This document shows, in pieces, positions 27,619 to 36,200 of a DNA stretch of 64,000 nt. A model generated the notes under the pieces. It saw only the letters and a program-made list of their open reading frames with translations, was not told where the DNA came from and searched no databases. This DNA is from a virus, in the IMG/VR virus record IMGVR_UViG_3300045738_001221, positions 1 through 64,000 of that record; one strand, written 5' to 3'. The number at the start of each line of letters is the position of its first letter. The stretch's first letter is position 1. A program made the position numbers and the translations under genes.

Positions 27619-27659
27619 AGAAGAGGAAGGAGTGGGGTTCACCCTCCCCTCCTTTTTCT
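27619..27659 (+). terminator. Probable intrinsic terminator after ssb
   Basis: Imperfect purine/pyrimidine hairpin followed by T-run. Confidence 0.6.
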
Positions 27660-27677
27660 TTGCAGCAAGGAAATAAA

Positions 27678-27782
27678 ATGTTTGATATTCTTTTCTGGTT
27701 TTGTGCTTTAGAAACGGAATATGAACTAGAGGAAGAGCAATATTACGATGAAGAATTTGAATATAATGACTCCGATCAATGA
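27678..27782 (+). CDS. 34-aa very acidic peptide (not in ORF track)
   Basis: AAGGA RBS; MFDILFWFCALETEYELEEEQYYDEEFEYNDSDQ. Confidence 0.35.
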   Translation: MFDILFWFCALETEYELEEEQYYDEEFEYNDSDQ

Positions 27783-28815
27783 TCTGGGTTATGGCGTAGC
27801 AGGAAGAAACATCTGCAAAAGCCTAAGTTCAAAAGGATACAACCTCTCCCTTTTCCCCATTGGAAATCCATCGTTTTCTTCTCAGGAGGAAGCCAATTTT
27901 TTCAGCTACATGGTTAACAACGGGGCATCTTTCGATGTAGATGCACCATGTTTAAAAATATGGCATGAGTTCAGCATGGCTGAACGCGTCGGAAGGGGAA
28001 GGTTTATTGGATTCCCTTTCTTCGAAATAAATAAATTTAATGATGTAAGAAAGAATCACTTAGCCTCATGTGATGATATTTTTGTTGCCTCTAAGTGGGG
28101 ACAGAATATATTAAAGGAAGAAGTTCCATCGGTCAAATCTCACGTAATTCCACTAGGCGTAGATACAGAATTGTTTGTATCGTCCGACCACCCCTCACCT
28201 CAAGATAAGTTCATTTTCTTCAATTGCGGAAAGTGGGAAAAGCGTAAGGGACACGACCTGCTGTTGCTGTTCTTCCAGCAGGCCTTTAAAGACGAACTCG
28301 ACGTTGAACTTTGGATGATGTGCGACAACCCATTCTTACCGCCAGAGGAAGTCGCTAAGTGGACTATGGCCTACGCCCAAGACCCTCGGGTAAGGTTGAT
28401 TAACAGAGTTCAGTCCCAAGAAGAAATGATCCCCATCATGAACCAAGTGCATTGTGGGGTTTTTCCGAGTAGGGCAGAAGGGTGGAATCTTGAGATTCTG
28501 GAACTGATGTCTATGGGGAAGCATATAATAGCAACAGACTATTCGGCACATACCGAATACTGCAACAACAACAACAGTATGTTGGTTAAGCCAGCAAAAA
28601 CAGAGGCTGCCGAAGACGGCCTTTGGTTTGATGGCTCTGCTGAATGGGCTTCCCTAGAGAATGTCGAAGAGCAGTTTATAGACCACATGAGAGCCATATA
28701 CAGTACATGGAAAGAGGGTAAGTACCAAAAGAATTCGGCAGGTATAGAAACGGCCCACAGATACAGGTGGGATGTCTGCGCAGAAAAAATAAAGGAGGTA
28801 TTAAATGAAAGTTAA
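27748..28815 (+). CDS. Glycosyltransferase GT4
   Basis: LGYG, GKWEKRKG, SRAEGWNLEILE. Confidence 0.85.
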   Translation: MKNLNIMTPINDLGYGVAGRNICKSLSSKGYNLSLFPIGNPSFSSQEEANFFSYMVNNGASFDVDAPCLKIWHEFSMAERVGRGRFIGFPFFEINKFNDVRKNHLASCDDIFVASKWGQNILKEEVPSVKSHVIPLGVDTELFVSSDHPSPQDKFIFFNCGKWEKRKGHDLLLLFFQQAFKDELDVELWMMCDNPFLPPEEVAKWTMAYAQDPRVRLINRVQSQEEMIPIMNQVHCGVFPSRAEGWNLEILELMSMGKHIIATDYSAHTEYCNNNNSMLVKPAKTEAAEDGLWFDGSAEWASLENVEEQFIDHMRAIYSTWKEGKYQKNSAGIETAHRYRWDVCAEKIKEVLNES

Positions 28816-29227
28816 AGTGCAGAAGGTGTGCCCGCACATTCCACTCCCCACAAAAAGCCACTCTTCGGATGCTGGCTGGGACTTATATGCGAACGAAGAC
28901 TGCTGCATCTCTAGTAGAACAAGGAGAACCATTGACACCGGAATCAAGCTAGAAATTCCCGATGGTCATGTTGGTCTTATATGGCCCAGATCTGGAATTG
29001 CCACCAAGAGAGGAATAGATGTATTCGCTGGTGTCGTTGATTCAGGATACCGGGGAGTCGTTAAGGTTTGCCTATACAACTCAAGCGACGAGGACTTTGA
29101 AATTAACAGACACGACAGGATTGCTCAAATTATTTTCCAAGAGGTATCTCCATTCTTGATAGAAGAAGTAGAAGAAACCGGGGACTCCTCTCGTAAAGAA
29201 GATGGCTTTGGGAGTACCGGTAAATGA
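28805..29227 (+). CDS. dut: dUTPase (trimeric)
   Basis: AGWDL, PRSG, GVVDSGYRG, RIAQ, GFGSTG. Confidence 0.96.
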   Translation: MKVKVQKVCPHIPLPTKSHSSDAGWDLYANEDCCISSRTRRTIDTGIKLEIPDGHVGLIWPRSGIATKRGIDVFAGVVDSGYRGVVKVCLYNSSDEDFEINRHDRIAQIIFQEVSPFLIEEVEETGDSSRKEDGFGSTGK

Positions 29228-29775
29228 ATCGCCTGAACGGTATGAGGACGTATTTGGCAGGAGCTATGGATAGAGTCCCTGACGGTGGAGTAGAGTGGAG
29301 ACAAAAAATAACACCAACCCTTAATGACTTTGGCATCACGGTGCTAGACCCGTGCGATAAGCCAGCAGAGATTGGAATTGAAGATGACGAGACACGCCTA
29401 GTAATAGACAAGTACAAAAGGGCGGGCGAGTTTGGTAAAATACGAGAAAACTACGGAGTTATTCGCACCCTAGATCTTCGATGTGTAGATATATCCGACT
29501 TTATTATAGCATCCATAGACATGAACGTTCACGCCTGTGGCACCTATGAAGAAATTTCAGTGGCAAACAGTCAGAAAAAACCTGTACTGGTCTGGTGCCA
29601 ACAGGGAAAAGAACGTGCCCCGAACTGGCTTTTTTTCATGCTTCCTCATCAGCATATATTCGGGTCGCTTGGCGACCTCATTGAATATTTGTCTAGCGTA
29701 GACTCAGGAGAAAATAAAAAACACTACAAAAGATGGTTCTTTTTTGATCAGTCTAAAATGTCATGTACGCAATAA
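29224..29775 (+). CDS. Nucleoside 2-deoxyribosyltransferase-like / nucleotide N-glycosidase
   Basis: YLAGAM, WR, LDP, DLRCVDISD, GTYEE, KKPV. Confidence 0.75.
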   Translation: MNRLNGMRTYLAGAMDRVPDGGVEWRQKITPTLNDFGITVLDPCDKPAEIGIEDDETRLVIDKYKRAGEFGKIRENYGVIRTLDLRCVDISDFIIASIDMNVHACGTYEEISVANSQKKPVLVWCQQGKERAPNWLFFMLPHQHIFGSLGDLIEYLSSVDSGENKKHYKRWFFFDQSKMSCTQ

Positions 29776-29927
29776 CAGCAGTATCAGTTACAATCGTTTG
29801 TTACCTTATAGCCTCGTTTAGCTGCATAAAAGACAAGGATTATCCACATTCCTTAATGTGGTTCGCCTACTCTTTAGCTAATGTCGCGCTACTCTGGTAT
29901 GAAATTAACAAACAAAAATCTCAATAG
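29763..29927 (+). CDS. 54-aa two-TM membrane protein (not in ORF track)
   Basis: MYAITAVSVTIVCYLIASFSCIKDKDYPHSLMWFAYSLANVALLWYEINKQKSQ. Confidence 0.55.
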   Translation: MYAITAVSVTIVCYLIASFSCIKDKDYPHSLMWFAYSLANVALLWYEINKQKSQ

Positions 29928-29950
29928 CCACCCATGAGGTGGCTCTTTTT
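29926..29950 (+). terminator. Intrinsic terminator
   Basis: AGCCACC-CATGA-GGTGGCT then CTTTTT. Confidence 0.75.
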
Positions 29951-29962
29951 ATGTATAAAAGG

Positions 29963-29970
29963 GGTATAAT
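29963..29970 (+). promoter_or_regulatory. -10 element directly before ATG (probable leaderless transcript)
   Basis: GGTATAAT ends 5 nt before ATG 29976. Confidence 0.55.
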
Positions 29971-29975
29971 ATTAT

Positions 29976-30410
29976 ATGAAAGACCTTATGCGATACATAA
30001 AAAATTTGATCAAAACAAAAAGGGTAAAGCCCGAAGAGGACTCTCCCCCAGAAAAATCACTAGAGGACTCTCCCCCAGAAAAATCACTAGAGGAAGAATA
30101 CCCCTCTGGCACAATGAAATTGATGTGGGACAGTTCCACCGGAGACTTCGCAGTTGACTTTGATATTTCAGATGCTAGCGACGAATCTTCATACACACTA
30201 GCCCTCCTTCTCTTTTATCTTCAAGGCGGTGAGCTAAACACTTTCATATTAAAATCCCTTGAGCATAGAGACGAAGAGCTACCAGAAGACTTTTATGAAA
30301 GCGTGGTAGACAAATGGAGCGGTATGGTTAACATGGAAGAGCTAATTTCCAAAGCAGGAAGGGCTGTCGTAAGTGCCTCTGAGGTATTTAATTTTAAGAA
30401 CATAAAATAA
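29976..30410 (+). CDS. Acidic hypothetical protein
   Basis: ORF track; contains duplicated EDSPPEKSL. Confidence 0.65.
   Translation: MKDLMRYIKNLIKTKRVKPEEDSPPEKSLEDSPPEKSLEEEYPSGTMKLMWDSSTGDFAVDFDISDASDESSYTLALLLFYLQGGELNTFILKSLEHRDEELPEDFYESVVDKWSGMVNMEELISKAGRAVVSASEVFNFKNIK
30035..30094 (+). repeat. 27-bp perfect tandem repeat (2.2 copies)
   Basis: AGAGGACTCTCCCCCAGAAAAATCACT x2 plus AGAGGA. Confidence 0.9.
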
Positions 30411-30440
30411 TTGAATAAATCCAGCGAATGGAGGCCTCAG

Positions 30441-30917
30441 ATGATGTCAGAAAATATACCGATCCCCAGCGGATATAACGTTTATTGGGAAAAGTGGGTA
30501 GATGCTTACGAAACAGATGTCGAGAGTCTAGACAAGGAAGAAGAAGAGGAGGACTTTGGGGTTGAAGAGCTAGAGGTTTCCTTTGGGGCTCCTGAAGAAG
30601 ATTTTGAAAACAATATTAAAAATATTCAAACTATCTTCACGCCGTTCGGAGTTCTACCGCTAACAGAACATTCCTTGGCCAGCAAGTACTTTAAGTTTTG
30701 GGTTGGTCACACAAACTTCAAAATAACACAGCCATTTAATTCTATCATATCTAACATAGAGGGGGTTGAGACACTGGACGTATTCACCCCCTACCGCTTC
30801 CGGATCTCCGTAGGAAAACTTTTCAGGGACAGAGATGTAATGGTTAGCATCAAAAATTCTATGGTAAGCCATATGGGAGGAACAAAAGACAACGGTCTCC
30901 CAACGGGGGAGAATTAG
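30441..30917 (+). CDS. Hypothetical protein
   Basis: GGAGG RBS; acidic N-half, then WVGHTNF...EGVETLD...YRFRI. Confidence 0.65.
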   Translation: MMSENIPIPSGYNVYWEKWVDAYETDVESLDKEEEEEDFGVEELEVSFGAPEEDFENNIKNIQTIFTPFGVLPLTEHSLASKYFKFWVGHTNFKITQPFNSIISNIEGVETLDVFTPYRFRISVGKLFRDRDVMVSIKNSMVSHMGGTKDNGLPTGEN

Positions 30918-30941
30918 AATTGTCAGAAAAGATATAGAGAG

Positions 30942-31598
30942 ATGCATCTTGAATACTGCTGCTACAACAAAAGGTTAGTTGGCAAAACAGAAACAGAAAC
31001 ACTGGAGATTTTCAAGTCCATAGGTCTTAATTTTTCAGGAGTATGTCTGCCACTGTGCCTGCTCAGGGAGATCCATAGAGACCTAGTTTACTTAGAAAAC
31101 TTTACTATAGCGTGTCCAATCGACTATCCTCTTGGAATTGGAGACCGAAAGGTGAGGCAGCATGAAGCTCTCGTAGCCCTGAAGGGAGGAGCAAACACGC
31201 TAGATCTCGTAATGAACCCCTACTTGGCAAAAAAAGAAAAACACAAATTAATTAAAAAAGATATTTTGCCCATAATAGATATATCCAAAAGCCGCAATGC
31301 CCAAACCAGACTAATTATAAACTATGACCTATACGACCTACAGGATGCCATGCAAATAGCTGAGACAGCCAGAGACGCGGGCATAGATACCATAATACCT
31401 TCCGGTGGTTTTAGAAACGACGACATATTTGATAACTTGCTTTTTTGTAATTCCGTAGAAGAAAAGCTAGGAGTCAACGCCATTTGCAGTGGAGGAATGT
31501 GGCTCAAAAAGCATTATGACGCCGCAATAAAATCAAAAATATTCGGACTTAGGATCTATTCCTTACACAACCAATTCAGTTTAGGTGTAAGTAATTAG
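30942..31598 (+). CDS. Degenerate deoxyribose-phosphate aldolase (DeoC)-fold protein
   Basis: IDYPLG, EALVALKGGANTLDLVMN; IPSGGF and AICSGG replace KTSTG and KASGG. Confidence 0.7.
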   Translation: MHLEYCCYNKRLVGKTETETLEIFKSIGLNFSGVCLPLCLLREIHRDLVYLENFTIACPIDYPLGIGDRKVRQHEALVALKGGANTLDLVMNPYLAKKEKHKLIKKDILPIIDISKSRNAQTRLIINYDLYDLQDAMQIAETARDAGIDTIIPSGGFRNDDIFDNLLFCNSVEEKLGVNAICSGGMWLKKHYDAAIKSKIFGLRIYSLHNQFSLGVSN

Positions 31599-31668
31599 CA
31601 GGACAGGACTTAAAGTGTTTGGAAATACAGGAATATAATTCACCTCTATAATAAAAAAGAGGTATATT

Positions 31669-32283
31669 ATGGCTTTTGTTACTAATCTTGCAGGTACGCT
31701 TAAGTACAACACTTATGTAGACGGCTCCCCTAGCGGTGTCGATAATGATCAAGGCAATATCAGAGCCGGAGGGACGATTGCTGAAACCGACCTCTGGACA
31801 TCGTCCGCGCTTGGAGAAGAGGACCGTTTTGTTATCCTTTCTTCCGGGGCAGGCGGCACAACGGGTGTTATAGCTCCCAGCACAACAACCACCTTCAATC
31901 AATACGATCAATTTGAGGATATTGTTAAGGTTACCACCAGCTTGGCTGGAGTTTCCAACAATGCCCTATTGTTTGGTTCGAGTGATTCGGCGGAGGGCCC
32001 CTCCATTAATCAGCTTGCTGTTATGCGTATATCCGCATATAAACAGGCCATTGTCAATAACAAGTGGAATGAGTACAGTGGGGCGTGGGATACTGGCTAT
32101 CCAGTTAACGCTACGTCTGGTGCTTTAAATATCATTGGTGGCGTTGATCAGTCGTCCAACCTAGTTGGCAACAAGACCGATAAGGCTGCTAATCCTTCGG
32201 CTGCGGAGCCGGGACACCTTACTTACACGTTTGGCGCTCCCCTTCCGACGACCGGTCTCTACGCAAGCAGAAGTATTTGGTAA
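31669..32283 (+). CDS. Probable virion structural protein
   Basis: GAGG RBS; G/S/T/A-rich; followed by strong terminator. Confidence 0.55.
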   Translation: MAFVTNLAGTLKYNTYVDGSPSGVDNDQGNIRAGGTIAETDLWTSSALGEEDRFVILSSGAGGTTGVIAPSTTTTFNQYDQFEDIVKVTTSLAGVSNNALLFGSSDSAEGPSINQLAVMRISAYKQAIVNNKWNEYSGAWDTGYPVNATSGALNIIGGVDQSSNLVGNKTDKAANPSAAEPGHLTYTFGAPLPTTGLYASRSIW

Positions 32284-32292
32284 AGTTTTGAC

Positions 32293-32328
32293 GCGCCCTC
32301 ACCCCCTTCGGGGGGTAGGGTGTTTTTT
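32293..32328 (+). terminator. Intrinsic terminator with cUUCGg tetraloop
   Basis: GCGCCCT-C-ACCCCC-TTCG-GGGGGT-AGGGTGT then T-run. Confidence 0.85.
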
Positions 32329-32351
32329 AAACCCATAAACGAAAGGCAAAC

Positions 32352-32672
32352 ATGAAGAGCGCTTTGCTAGCATTTTTACCTCCGCTGTTAGCAGCCTCCG
32401 ATGCAATCCCCGGCTTTCAGTGGGGGACCATTTCTGCAACGGCTCTTCTGGGTTGGTATTTGTGGTACACAACGAAGGTTGTTTTCCCCCACCAGCGCAA
32501 AGAAGTTTCCGAAATGCAAGAAAAGTATGTCGAGCAGCTTACCTCGCAAAGAGGCCACTACGAAGACCTCCTAGAGGACTTGCAGGCTCGACATGACGGA
32601 CGTCACCAGCAAATAGTGGATACTCTTGACAAAATAAGTCAATGCTTAGAAACGAAAAAGAGAAACCAGTAG
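32352..32672 (+). CDS. Membrane protein with coiled-coil tail (holin/BhlA-like candidate)
   Basis: Hydrophobic N-half and C-terminal coiled coil. Confidence 0.5.
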   Translation: MKSALLAFLPPLLAASDAIPGFQWGTISATALLGWYLWYTTKVVFPHQRKEVSEMQEKYVEQLTSQRGHYEDLLEDLQARHDGRHQQIVDTLDKISQCLETKKRNQ

Positions 32673-32721
32673 TATAATTATAAAAGGTACCGATTTTTAA
32701 CCTTCATAAGGAGAATTAGAG

Positions 32722-32895
32722 ATGGTAGATAAGATCAAGGCGATGCTGAAGTCTCGCCGGTTTTGGGCGGCTGTAGGCAGCGTCCTAGTTGTATGTCTAC
32801 AGGATACTCTCGGTCTTCCTGAGGGAACGGCCAATACCATTGTTGCCGTTGGCGTCGCATGGATAGTTGGCGACTCGCTCAGGTCAACAGAATAA
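32722..32895 (+). CDS. 57-aa holin-like two-TM protein (not in ORF track)
   Basis: AAGGAG RBS; MVDKIKAMLKSRRFWAAVGSVLVVCLQDTLGLPEGTANTIVAVGVAWIVGDSLRSTE; KSR(K/R)FW motif common in small phage holins. Confidence 0.6.
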   Translation: MVDKIKAMLKSRRFWAAVGSVLVVCLQDTLGLPEGTANTIVAVGVAWIVGDSLRSTE

Positions 32896-32909
32896 AATGG
32901 ACTTTATAT

Positions 32910-32947
32910 AAAAGAGAGGGGGGGGGATTTTCGTCTCCCCCTTTTTT
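32910..32947 (+). terminator. Probable intrinsic terminator
   Basis: G-run/C-run hairpin followed by TTTTTT. Confidence 0.65.
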
Positions 32948-33006
32948 ATTCCCAACCAAATTTTAACACAAAAATAACCTTAAGAGTATCCTAATGATTG
33001 TTCCGA

Positions 33007-33016
33007 GGTGTATAAT
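33007..33016 (+). promoter_or_regulatory. Putative promoter GGTGTATAAT
   Basis: Identical 10-mer also at 36121-36130 upstream of the first DUF1501 gene. Confidence 0.55.
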
Positions 33017-33020
33017 ATGT

Positions 33021-33197
33021 TAGATCAGAGACCATAAAGAACGGAAGTCGCACTTCTTCAAAGTAGCGATCTCTTGTTAAAGCGGCACACCTCTGATTTA
33101 AAGTCTATTCTCAGAACCACATAGTAAAAGATAGAACGTAGATGTTACATACAGTACAGCGTGGTTTCGGCAGAATGGTAAAACGTGCCGCTTTTTT
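33021..33197 (+). ncRNA. Candidate structured RNA/leader with long-range pseudoknot
   Basis: TAGATCAGAG(33021-30)/CTCTGATTTA(33091-100); AAAGCGGCAC(33079-88)/GTGCCGCTTT(33185-94); CTATTCT/AGAATGG; AACCAC/GTGGTT; ends in T-run. Confidence 0.55.
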
Positions 33198-33229
33198 AAA
33201 TCTATTAAACGACGACTTTTAGAGGAACA

Positions 33230-33442
33230 ATGATGTTTGATAAGGAGAAGGACAAGCTGTCGCCCAAGTTTGAAATAAATTTTATACTGAGAGACAAAGA
33301 TGGAAAGCCTACCGGTAAAACAAAGACCTTCTCCTCTGAAGAAGGTAATGAATTAGCTAAATTCTACAATAGGCATCAAGCCTACAAAGCTAAAGGTCGC
33401 AAGGGGCGTAAGGGAACTGGAAACGGAAAAGGCAAGGGGTAG
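33230..33442 (+). CDS. Small basic hypothetical protein
   Basis: GAGGA RBS; G/K-rich tail. Confidence 0.6.
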   Translation: MMFDKEKDKLSPKFEINFILRDKDGKPTGKTKTFSSEEGNELAKFYNRHQAYKAKGRKGRKGTGNGKGKG

Positions 33443-33528
33443 GCAAGGACGCTTTCTCATAAAAATTCAACGGAAGCCGCGTGGTTTATATAGTAGTTAG
33501 TGGGAATTTTATATGAGGACAATGGTGG

Positions 33529-35712
33529 ATGTCAATTAGATCGCTGATGGATTACAGCTTCGTTTCTAAATATGCAAGGTGGATACCAGAAAAAAGCAGA
33601 AGGGAGACTTGGCGGGAGTCAGTTAACCGAGTAATGGATATGATGTACGAAAAGTACCCCGAAGTTAACGGGGATATTGCTTGGGCATACAGCATGATGC
33701 ATAAAAAAAGGGTGCTTGGTTCCCAGAGGGCGTTGCAGTTTGGCGGAAAACCAATCTTTAAGCATAACGCTAGGATGTACAACTGCATTGCTTCGTACAT
33801 CGACAGGGTGAGGTTTTTTCAAGAGTGCATGTATCTGCTTCTTTGTGGCTGCGGAACTGGATTCTCTGTTCAGCGACACCACATTGACAAGCTTCCCAGT
33901 CTAGTTAAGGAAAAATCTGGGACAAAAAAGTTTACTATTCCTGACAGCATAGAGGGCTGGTCTGATGCCATTGGGGTGCTTGTTTCTAGCTATTTTCAGC
34001 AAAAAGATTTATTCCCAGAATACAAGGGTAAAAATATAAGCTTTGATTTTTCTCAGATTAGACCAGCGGGGTCGTTTTTAAGCTCTAGTTCAGGAAAGGC
34101 TCCCGGACCAGAGCCCCTCAAGAATGCCCTCTCCAATGTAAAAAGGGTTCTGGATAGGGCGATCAAAGAGAGCAGCCCCGGATCGAGGAGACTAAAGCCC
34201 ATTGATGCATACGACGTTGTTATGCACAGTGCAGACGCTGTAATCAGCGGTGGAGTTCGACGCAGTGCAACGATATGCTTGTTCTCCCCACAAGACGAGG
34301 AAATGGCTAAGGCTAAAACGGGAAACTGGTTTCACGAAAATCCACAGCGCGGAAGATCAAACAACTCTGCACTCCTCCTTAGGGAAAAGACAACTCAAAG
34401 GCAGTTTTCCAAATTGATGCAATCCGTTCGTGAGTTCGGGGAGCCGGGTTTTGTGTGGTCAGACTCCACAGAACTTATCGTCAATCCCTGTGTTGAAATT
34501 GGACTCTACCCAGTAGACGAAGAGACCGGAGAGACAGGCTGGCAGGCGTGCAATCTAAGTACAGTCAACTGCTCTAAGATAGAAACAGAAAGCGACTTCT
34601 ACGAATCTTGCCGAGCCGCAGCAATCATAGGGACGCTTCAGGCAGGCTTTGGAAACTTTCCATATCTTGGTGAAGTTAGTGAACGTATTATATCCAGAGA
34701 GGCTCTGCTGGGGGTTTCTATGACAGGAATTATGGATTGCCCCGGAATATGTCTTGACCCAGAAGTTCAGGTGCGTGGTGCCAAAGTGGTAAGAGATGCC
34801 AATCGAGAGATGGCAAAAAAGATAGGAATAAATATAGCCGCTAGAACAACTTGCATCAAACCAGAAGGCACAACGTCATGCGTACTCGGAACCAGCAGTG
34901 GAATACACCCTCACCATGCCAAGAGATACATAAGGCGTGTTCAAACAAACAAAATGGAACCAATATATCAATACTTTAAAACCGTGAACCCAAGGGCTTG
35001 CGAAGAATCTGTGTGGTCTAATAATGACAGCGATGAAGTGATAGAATTTTGCATAGAGGTTGCTCCGGGGTCTAAAACAAAAAACCAAATCAGCGCACTA
35101 GAGCTATTGGACTATGTAAAGTCGGCCCAAAAAAACTGGGTAATTCCCGGCACGAACAAAAGCAAATGCGTAAAGCCTTGGATTACACACAATGTATCCA
35201 ATACAATCAATGTTAAGTCCGACGAATGGGATGAGATAGAGACTTTTATATACAAAAATAGAAACTTTTTTTGTGGCATATCACTCCTTCCAATCACTGG
35301 AGACAAAGACTATCCTCAAGCACCATTTACTGCAATTTACTTGCCAAGCGAGCAAGTGGGACACTATGGGGACGCATCATTATTCGCTAGCGGCCTAATA
35401 GAAGTGGCCTTGGATCTATGGGAGGACAACCTGTGGGCAGCCTGCGACGCACTGCTCGGCCGGGGGAAAAGACCAAAGGGTGCATCCAAAAAGAAATGGA
35501 TAGCAAGATGCAAAAAGTTTGCCGATAGATACTTTGAGGGAGACATAAGGAAGCTAACTTATTGTATGAAGGATGTTTACAACTGGAAAGAATGGGTTGA
35601 TCTCAACAGAGAATACAAAGCCGTGGATTATACACAGGTAATAGAAAAAGAAAACAACGTTGTACCGGAGCGGGAATGGGCCTGTGCCGGAGGAACTTGT
35701 GATATAATTTAA
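33529..35712 (+). CDS. nrdJ: Class II (adenosylcobalamin-dependent, RTPR-type) ribonucleotide reductase
   Basis: MYNC, GCGTGFS, VRRSA, NPCVEI, ACNL, TCIKPEGTTS, C-terminal CAGGTC; no beta-subunit gene nearby. Confidence 0.85.
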   Translation: MSIRSLMDYSFVSKYARWIPEKSRRETWRESVNRVMDMMYEKYPEVNGDIAWAYSMMHKKRVLGSQRALQFGGKPIFKHNARMYNCIASYIDRVRFFQECMYLLLCGCGTGFSVQRHHIDKLPSLVKEKSGTKKFTIPDSIEGWSDAIGVLVSSYFQQKDLFPEYKGKNISFDFSQIRPAGSFLSSSSGKAPGPEPLKNALSNVKRVLDRAIKESSPGSRRLKPIDAYDVVMHSADAVISGGVRRSATICLFSPQDEEMAKAKTGNWFHENPQRGRSNNSALLLREKTTQRQFSKLMQSVREFGEPGFVWSDSTELIVNPCVEIGLYPVDEETGETGWQACNLSTVNCSKIETESDFYESCRAAAIIGTLQAGFGNFPYLGEVSERIISREALLGVSMTGIMDCPGICLDPEVQVRGAKVVRDANREMAKKIGINIAARTTCIKPEGTTSCVLGTSSGIHPHHAKRYIRRVQTNKMEPIYQYFKTVNPRACEESVWSNNDSDEVIEFCIEVAPGSKTKNQISALELLDYVKSAQKNWVIPGTNKSKCVKPWITHNVSNTINVKSDEWDEIETFIYKNRNFFCGISLLPITGDKDYPQAPFTAIYLPSEQVGHYGDASLFASGLIEVALDLWEDNLWAACDALLGRGKRPKGASKKKWIARCKKFADRYFEGDIRKLTYCMKDVYNWKEWVDLNREYKAVDYTQVIEKENNVVPEREWACAGGTCDII

Positions 35713-35737
35713 TTATTTATATAGGAAAAAACAGAGC

Positions 35738-36199
35738 ATGACCGTCAGGCCCCCGTGGGATCAATATTTTATGGGGCTTGCCCACTACACCTCTATACGA
35801 AGTCACGACGAACAAACCAAGGTTGGTTGTGTCATTGTAAATAATGAAAACCATGTCCTAAGCATGGGGTATAACGGTTTCCCAAAGGGGGTTGATGACT
35901 CCGATCTACCCACGAAAAGGCCCGAAAAGTACCCATTTATGGTACACGCAGAGGAAAACGCCGTGTCCAATCTAGTTACAATTAGCGGGGATGAGCTTAA
36001 AATATATCTCACTCACTATCCGTGTCATCGCTGTGCAAAGCTTTTATGGCAAAATAATGTCAAGAAATGGTTCGTCGAAGAGAAAAATCTGGTTGTTTCC
36101 TATACAAACGACGATAGAAAGGTGTATAATTTATTGGTGGATAACGGTTTGAAAATCGTTGAGATATGCACACATTCCTCTTTAATCATAGGAAGCTAA
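35738..36199 (+). CDS. dCMP deaminase
   Basis: WDQYFM, GYNG, HAEENA, PCHRC. Confidence 0.92.
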   Translation: MTVRPPWDQYFMGLAHYTSIRSHDEQTKVGCVIVNNENHVLSMGYNGFPKGVDDSDLPTKRPEKYPFMVHAEENAVSNLVTISGDELKIYLTHYPCHRCAKLLWQNNVKKWFVEEKNLVVSYTNDDRKVYNLLVDNGLKIVEICTHSSLIIGS

Positions 36200-36200
36200 A

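Noticed and set aside
30035-30094. Functional significance of the 27-bp tandem repeat
   Set aside because: An in-frame duplication in a disordered linker, most simply replication slippage.
33018-33528. Cobalamin riboswitch or NrdR boxes before nrdJ
   Set aside because: No GGGAA/B12-box consensus seen; the TATATAGTAG stretch near 33487 matches an NrdR box only weakly.
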